From Cyanobacteria bacterium auto_48_18 (GTDB lineage: Bacteria > Cyanobacteriota > Vampirovibrionia > Obscuribacterales > Obscuribacteraceae), in NCBI GenBank assembly GCA_036170915.1, contig JAVHQC010000022.1, positions 1 to 64,000 on the forward strand: a stretch of DNA of 64,000 nt. The letters are read 5' to 3'. This document shows, in pieces, positions 59,261 through 64,000 of this stretch; the first letter of the stretch is position 1; every line of letters starts with the position of its first letter. The notes under the pieces are model-generated. The model was not told where the DNA came from. It searched no databases and worked only from the letters and a program-made list of their open reading frames with translations. The position numbers were made by a program, and so were the translations under genes.

Positions 59261-59698
59261 ATGAACGAACAACCTAAGAACTCTGGTGGCATGGCCGTCG
59301 CTACAGTTCAAAATCAAACTGGCTCGTTGACCGCAGCGAGTCGTTTCATCCTCAAACTTTTGGCAGGTGTTTGGTCACTGGCGCAATTGAACAGAGAAAA
59401 ACAAAGCGCCTTACAAAATTGGCATCGTGCCTGCGCGCTTACTGATGTGGCCCTTGCTAACAGATGCCGTGCGCAGTGGAAGCTTGAGCAATTCGACCTC
59501 AGGTTAAAAGCGTTAGAACCTACCTATCGCAGTCGGTACCAATTGCCTCTCCACTCGCGTCGCCGCAAACTCGAAAATGCCTATAACCTGGCCAGGCATA
59601 ATTTCGACGGTCTTAACCGCCAGGAAGAGCGCTTTATCAAGCGACTAATTACTCTGGAGCGACTGAAGTCAGCTCTTGCAATGAACAAAACCAAATAA
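59261..59698 (+). CDS. Hypothetical basic coiled-coil protein
   Basis: ATG 59261 (MNEQPKN); start uncertain. Confidence 0.55.
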   Translation: MNEQPKNSGGMAVATVQNQTGSLTAASRFILKLLAGVWSLAQLNREKQSALQNWHRACALTDVALANRCRAQWKLEQFDLRLKALEPTYRSRYQLPLHSRRRKLENAYNLARHNFDGLNRQEERFIKRLITLERLKSALAMNKTK

Positions 59699-59708
59699 TC
59701 CTGACAGT

Positions 59709-59915
59709 ATGCATCACCACAGAACACTTGCTTTGTATGGAATCGAGCACGATTTAAATGAGCTGAACGACGAGCCCGATCACAACGACAATCTGAAATC
59801 AGATGAAGAAGATGATCGCGGACCAATCGATGAAAGCAGGTCTTCTAGAAAGGCGTTGTCTCTTCCCAGGGGGAATAGCGGCGACGATGAAGGATTCTGG
59901 TTTCCTCGCAGATAA
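59709..59915 (+). CDS. Small acidic hypothetical protein
   Basis: 68 aa; followed by a terminator. Confidence 0.45.
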   Translation: MHHHRTLALYGIEHDLNELNDEPDHNDNLKSDEEDDRGPIDESRSSRKALSLPRGNSGDDEGFWFPRR

Positions 59916-59918
59916 ATA

Positions 59919-59955
59919 AGAAAAGGGGGCACCAATAAAGGTGCTCTCTTTTTCT
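59919..59955. terminator. Rho-independent terminator
   Basis: AGAAAAGGGGGCACC-AATAAA-GGTGCTCTCTTTTTCT. Confidence 0.75.
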
Positions 59956-60099
59956 GCTACTTCCTTTGCGCACTCAAATATTTCTCAAAAAAAATCTTAT
60001 AACTATAAAGTGTAATACACCTGTTAACAACTTCAAAACATCTTGGGCAACCGCTGGCATTACAGTGACTGAGAAGCCTCCGACGATCAGGTTGAAAAC

Positions 60100-61659
60100 A
60101 TGAATGTGCTGATTAATATTGACGCCGGTCTGGCAAAACCTATTTACAGACAAATTGTCGACGAACTGAAGAGCGCCATTCTCGAAGGTTATCTCCAGCC
60201 AGGCGAGAAATTGCCTTCAACTAGAGATCTGGGTAAGACCCTGGGAATATCCCGTTTTACGGTCATGCGCAGCTACGAAGATCTGGCGAGCGCAGGCTAC
60301 GTCACCATCGCCACCGGTAGCGGTGCCTTTGTTCATTCAGACCTGCATTTCGCTCGACAAAAGCAAGGCTCCAGCGAAAGCGAAAGAGAAGTTGAAGTTA
60401 AACTTGATGGCTTTGAGAAGACCGCCGCCACTTCACGTTTTGCCCGCCAGATAATCAGGGCCGCGCAAATCGAGGCTTCAACCGGCCCCTGCTATGAACG
60501 GCTAAAAGTTGGTGTGCCAGACTCAGAGCTTTTGCCCGTTGGCCGATGGAAAGAAGTGCTCTACAGCTCCATACGCGAGGTGCAAACCACATCACCGCAA
60601 GAATACTATGACGGTTGCGGGCGATTTGAATTGCGCGAAGCAATTGTTGATTATCTCCGTCGCACCCGCCGTGTGCGCTGTGGGCCAGAGAGGCTGTTGA
60701 TATTTTCTGGTCATCAGAGTGCATTCGATTTTGTCTTGCGTCTGCTCGTTGATGCCGGTGACCAGTGCGCCATTGAGAGCCCAGGAGCGCCTGATTTCTA
60801 CCGAGCTATGCTGGCCGCCGGGGCTACTGTGCATCCTGTGGCTGTTGATGCCAGCGGCCTTAGTGTCGACCGCTTAAGCGACATCGCCGCCGATTTGAAG
60901 TTGATTTTCGTCAGCCCATCGCATCAAGAGCCGACTGGTATCACCATGACGGCCTCAAGGCGCCAGGAGCTACTGGCCGCCGCTGAGAGCCGCAATGCTT
61001 ATGTTATTGAAAACGACCTTGGTCACGAATTTCGTTATGGCATCAAAGCGCAATCATCGCTGCAAGGGTTAGACAACCACGACCGGGTAGTCTATATCGG
61101 ATCAGTTGCTCAGGTCTTGAACCCCCTTTCGCAACTGGCTTATGTGGTGCTGCCGCAGCATCTCGTTGAGGTGGGCTTGCAATTGAAGACGTTGCTCGAG
61201 CCGTCTTATTCTCCACTCGAACAAATAGCTCTAGCGAGATTTATGCAAGCGGGGCATTTTGAAAGACACATCAAACGCAGCACTGAAGTTTATGCTGAGC
61301 GAAGAGCCTGCCTGGTGCATGCCTTAACTGCTGGCTTGGGCCCAAAAATCAGTCGCATTGTCTCTACCAGCGGCAGTACCTTGAACGTCACTTTCCATCA
61401 AGCAATCAATAGCCAGAAAATTATGGAAGCCGCGCAAAATCATGGTGTGCCCATGATTTGTATGGCCGATTACCATTTGGCCTCTCACTGCGAGAACCAA
61501 TTTATTATGACTTTTGGCAATCTTGCCCCGCAGCAGATTGTTGATACCGTCAGTGCAATGGCCCGGCAGATTAATGCCGATTTCATGGTCAAAATGCCAG
61601 AACCTGTCGCCACACCGGCTTTGCACTCTCTGTCGCAAACCAGAGCGTTATCGTTTTAG
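60100..61659 (+). CDS. GntR/MocR-family regulator (wHTH plus aminotransferase-like domain)
   Basis: PIYRQI, LPSTRDL, YEDLASAGY, VSPSHQEPTG, GHFERHI. Confidence 0.92.
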   Translation: MNVLINIDAGLAKPIYRQIVDELKSAILEGYLQPGEKLPSTRDLGKTLGISRFTVMRSYEDLASAGYVTIATGSGAFVHSDLHFARQKQGSSESEREVEVKLDGFEKTAATSRFARQIIRAAQIEASTGPCYERLKVGVPDSELLPVGRWKEVLYSSIREVQTTSPQEYYDGCGRFELREAIVDYLRRTRRVRCGPERLLIFSGHQSAFDFVLRLLVDAGDQCAIESPGAPDFYRAMLAAGATVHPVAVDASGLSVDRLSDIAADLKLIFVSPSHQEPTGITMTASRRQELLAAAESRNAYVIENDLGHEFRYGIKAQSSLQGLDNHDRVVYIGSVAQVLNPLSQLAYVVLPQHLVEVGLQLKTLLEPSYSPLEQIALARFMQAGHFERHIKRSTEVYAERRACLVHALTAGLGPKISRIVSTSGSTLNVTFHQAINSQKIMEAAQNHGVPMICMADYHLASHCENQFIMTFGNLAPQQIVDTVSAMARQINADFMVKMPEPVATPALHSLSQTRALSF

Positions 61660-61766
61660 TTTTCTAGACGACACCCCTTCCATCTAATGTTTCTACTTTT
61701 GCTCTAGCTGAACAATGTGATATACAAAGATCATGGCTCAGATTTTGCATACTAGGAAACACTTAA

Positions 61767-63107
61767 ATGAAACGAGAATCAGTGGACACCCTGGTGAAAT
61801 TTCTCAAACTCCAGGAGAACTTGCACGGCGCTGAAAGTACTCAAGTTGGCAAAGTACTGGCCCGGCTTGCGGCAGTGCATGTAGAGAACCAAAACTACGC
61901 TGACGCTGAGCCGCTCTTGCAGCGAGCTCTGCGTATTGAAGAAAAGAGCGCCTCGCCAGACCCTGCTTTTCTTAGCGATATTGCTAAACAAATCAATCGC
62001 CTTGATTTTGAGCAAGAGAACCATGTGGGCGAAACTCTAGAAAGCCTCAAGGTCAGTACCGATCGCATTCCTGCTTTTTCGCCAATGTTTGAGCCCTTAA
62101 CAGGTCACGAACGTACTGAGCTGAATGAAAACACACTGCCGGGAGTTACTCATGGTCGTGTTGATCCGCTAGAGAATGCCATTAAAGACTGGCAGCTGCA
62201 GATTCGCCGCATTAAGCAAAACAGCGGCAACGAAAGCACCGCCGTAGCTGACGCTTTGACCAAGCTGGCAGATTTATACTGCCGTCGCGAGCAGTTAAAT
62301 GAAATGGAGCCACTCTTGATTGAGGCCCTGCGCATTCGCGAAAGTATTTGCGGTATCACCCATCTTTCTGTTTCTACAGACCTAAAAAATCTGGGCCGAC
62401 TCTATTATTTCAAGCAACGATTTGATCTGGCCGAGCCTTTGCTCAAAAGAGCCATGAGTATTCGAGAAGCGGCGCTTGGACCTTATCATTCTTATGTTGC
62501 CGACGTGGCCGAATGGTATTCACGGCTATTGAAGAAAACCAATCGACTCGATGAAGCAGCAGCTATGGACGCTCTGGTTGCCGAAAGCCGCACCAAATAT
62601 GGTAGCGACTGGGAGAAGTTCAGAGCTGCTGGTACTAAAGCCGTTGAAGCTGGTAATTTGCTCGAAGCTCAGGCCATGTGGCTGGCAGCTTTAGATGAAA
62701 GCGCTGATTTCAGATTTGACGACCCGCGACTTAGCACAACATTAGAATGTCTGGCAGAAATTTACTGGACGCGCGGAAAATATGACAAAGCCGAGCCACT
62801 GTGCAAACAGATTTTGCAAATTTCAGAGACGTTGCTAGGCTCAGAACATACTGACGTGGCGCTGGCTGCAAATAATTTGGCTTTGCTTTGTGAGCGTCAG
62901 GGTAAACATGCTGAAGCGGCAATTTTGTATCAACAAGCTCTCGCAATTGGCGAGAAATTTTTAGGCCGCGATCATCCAGACGTGGTCAATATACGCGAAA
63001 GTCATAGTAAAGCGCGGCATATGGCACAGAAACAAATCGAGCAGAAGCTTCAAGGTCGGTGGAATCGATCTGGCTGGTGGAAGGCCTATCAGAGCGAAGA
63101 GCGATAA
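61767..63107 (+). CDS. TPR protein (kinesin light chain-type repeats)
   Basis: Repeated AEPLLxRALxIxE..LG..H. Confidence 0.9.
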   Translation: MKRESVDTLVKFLKLQENLHGAESTQVGKVLARLAAVHVENQNYADAEPLLQRALRIEEKSASPDPAFLSDIAKQINRLDFEQENHVGETLESLKVSTDRIPAFSPMFEPLTGHERTELNENTLPGVTHGRVDPLENAIKDWQLQIRRIKQNSGNESTAVADALTKLADLYCRREQLNEMEPLLIEALRIRESICGITHLSVSTDLKNLGRLYYFKQRFDLAEPLLKRAMSIREAALGPYHSYVADVAEWYSRLLKKTNRLDEAAAMDALVAESRTKYGSDWEKFRAAGTKAVEAGNLLEAQAMWLAALDESADFRFDDPRLSTTLECLAEIYWTRGKYDKAEPLCKQILQISETLLGSEHTDVALAANNLALLCERQGKHAEAAILYQQALAIGEKFLGRDHPDVVNIRESHSKARHMAQKQIEQKLQGRWNRSGWWKAYQSEER

Positions 63108-63128
63108 CAAAAATAAGCAGGTACGATC

Positions 63129-64000
63129 ATGGCCAATTTGAGTGCAGTTCAAATTAAGGGCGGGATACTTTGTCCCACACAGCAAGACGCTTTCAATAGC
63201 TTGTTAGAGGCGTTGCCTGTCGGTAATGTGTTTGTAGTCTGGTCTGGCGCAGGCATGGGAAGGACCACCATGCTTCAAGAACTGCATCGCGTTAAGGGCG
63301 GTGAATTTCTTCAAATGCGAGACTATATCGATGAGCTAAGACTACAAAATCCCCTTTCAATGGAAGAAGCTCTTGATCAGATTGTAATGCGATCATTGCA
63401 GCGCAACGATCTCGTGATCATGGACGATCTTGATCTGGTCTATGACGTAATTTGTGGATGCGGTTACAACTCTGTTTATCCACGCTCCAAATACGTGGAA
63501 GCAATTTTGACCAATATAGCCGACCACGTTATTGCTCAAGGCAAGAAGATTGTTTTCGGCAATAAAGGCACGGCCGCTAATCCAATCTCTAACCGCTGTT
63601 TCTATGCTGGTTTTCAGCGTTTTGAAGTTGCAGATTATGAGTTCATTTGTCAGTCTTATTTGGAAGAAAAGGCTAAGCAGCTAGATTTCAAAAAGATATT
63701 CCGGTTTGCGCCGAAATTGCATGCTCATCAGTTAAAGAGCGCCAGTGTCTGGTTGCGCCATGATGAAGGCTTAGATACTGAAAAATTTATTGAGTATTTG
63801 CGCAAACGCAAAATGGCCAGCAATGTAGATTTAGAAGAAGTGGAAGCTGTAGAACTACATTCATTGAAAGGACTCGATGCCCTGATTGAAAGTTTAGAAG
63901 CAAACATAATTGTGCCACTTGAGCGCGACGATCTGGCAGGCGAATTTGATATCCAACCAAAGCGCGGTGTGCTGCTAGCCGGGCCTCCTGGTACAGGCAA
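63129..64000 (+). CDS. AAA+ ATPase, 5' part (runs off the window)
   Basis: Frame from ATG 63129 appears open to the edge; degenerate GAGMGRT and VIMDD first module; ends PKRGVLLAGPPGTG (Walker A). Confidence 0.85.
   Translation, partial: MANLSAVQIKGGILCPTQQDAFNSLLEALPVGNVFVVWSGAGMGRTTMLQELHRVKGGEFLQMRDYIDELRLQNPLSMEEALDQIVMRSLQRNDLVIMDDLDLVYDVICGCGYNSVYPRSKYVEAILTNIADHVIAQGKKIVFGNKGTAANPISNRCFYAGFQRFEVADYEFICQSYLEEKAKQLDFKKIFRFAPKLHAHQLKSASVWLRHDEGLDTEKFIEYLRKRKMASNVDLEEVEAVELHSLKGLDALIESLEANIIVPLERDDLAGEFDIQPKRGVLLAGPPGTG

Overview
Bacterial chromosomal window with about 60 protein-coding genes. I saw no rRNA, tRNA, CRISPR array, integrase or transposase. The cyanobacterial-type GuaA, absence of photosynthesis genes and abundance of TPR, two-component and ORFan genes suggest a non-photosynthetic Cyanobacteriota relative (Melainabacteria/Obscuribacterales-like); this is inference only. 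Core genes include guaA, a lytic transglycosylase, a cysteine desulfurase, glycosyltransferases, an NDP-sugar dehydratase, two-component systems, a Rieske oxygenase, a TetR-SRPBCC operon, MocR and an AAA ATPase. They alternate with two minus-strand accessory clusters (about 1-10.3 kb and 30.5-39.4 kb). Top finding: two ORF-track fragments (56065-56313 and 55261-56040) are one reading frame broken by a single TGA. The TGA sits where selenoprotein N (SELENON) has its Sec and is followed by a hairpin fitting the bacterial SECIS model, so this is a candidate exported SelN-like selenoprotein. Other candidates: an ORFan island with Shine-Dalgarno-less A-rich leaders plus a bS1 paralog, most of it bracketed by a 25/26-bp inverted repeat; an orphan AbiEi-like regulator with a 19/20-bp operator; a metallothionein-like peptide with plant-type layout; an NAD kinase-radical SAM operon; a PI3/4-kinase-like effector candidate; and a MocR lacking its PLP lysine. 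All family assignments come from motif recognition by eye, not database searches.
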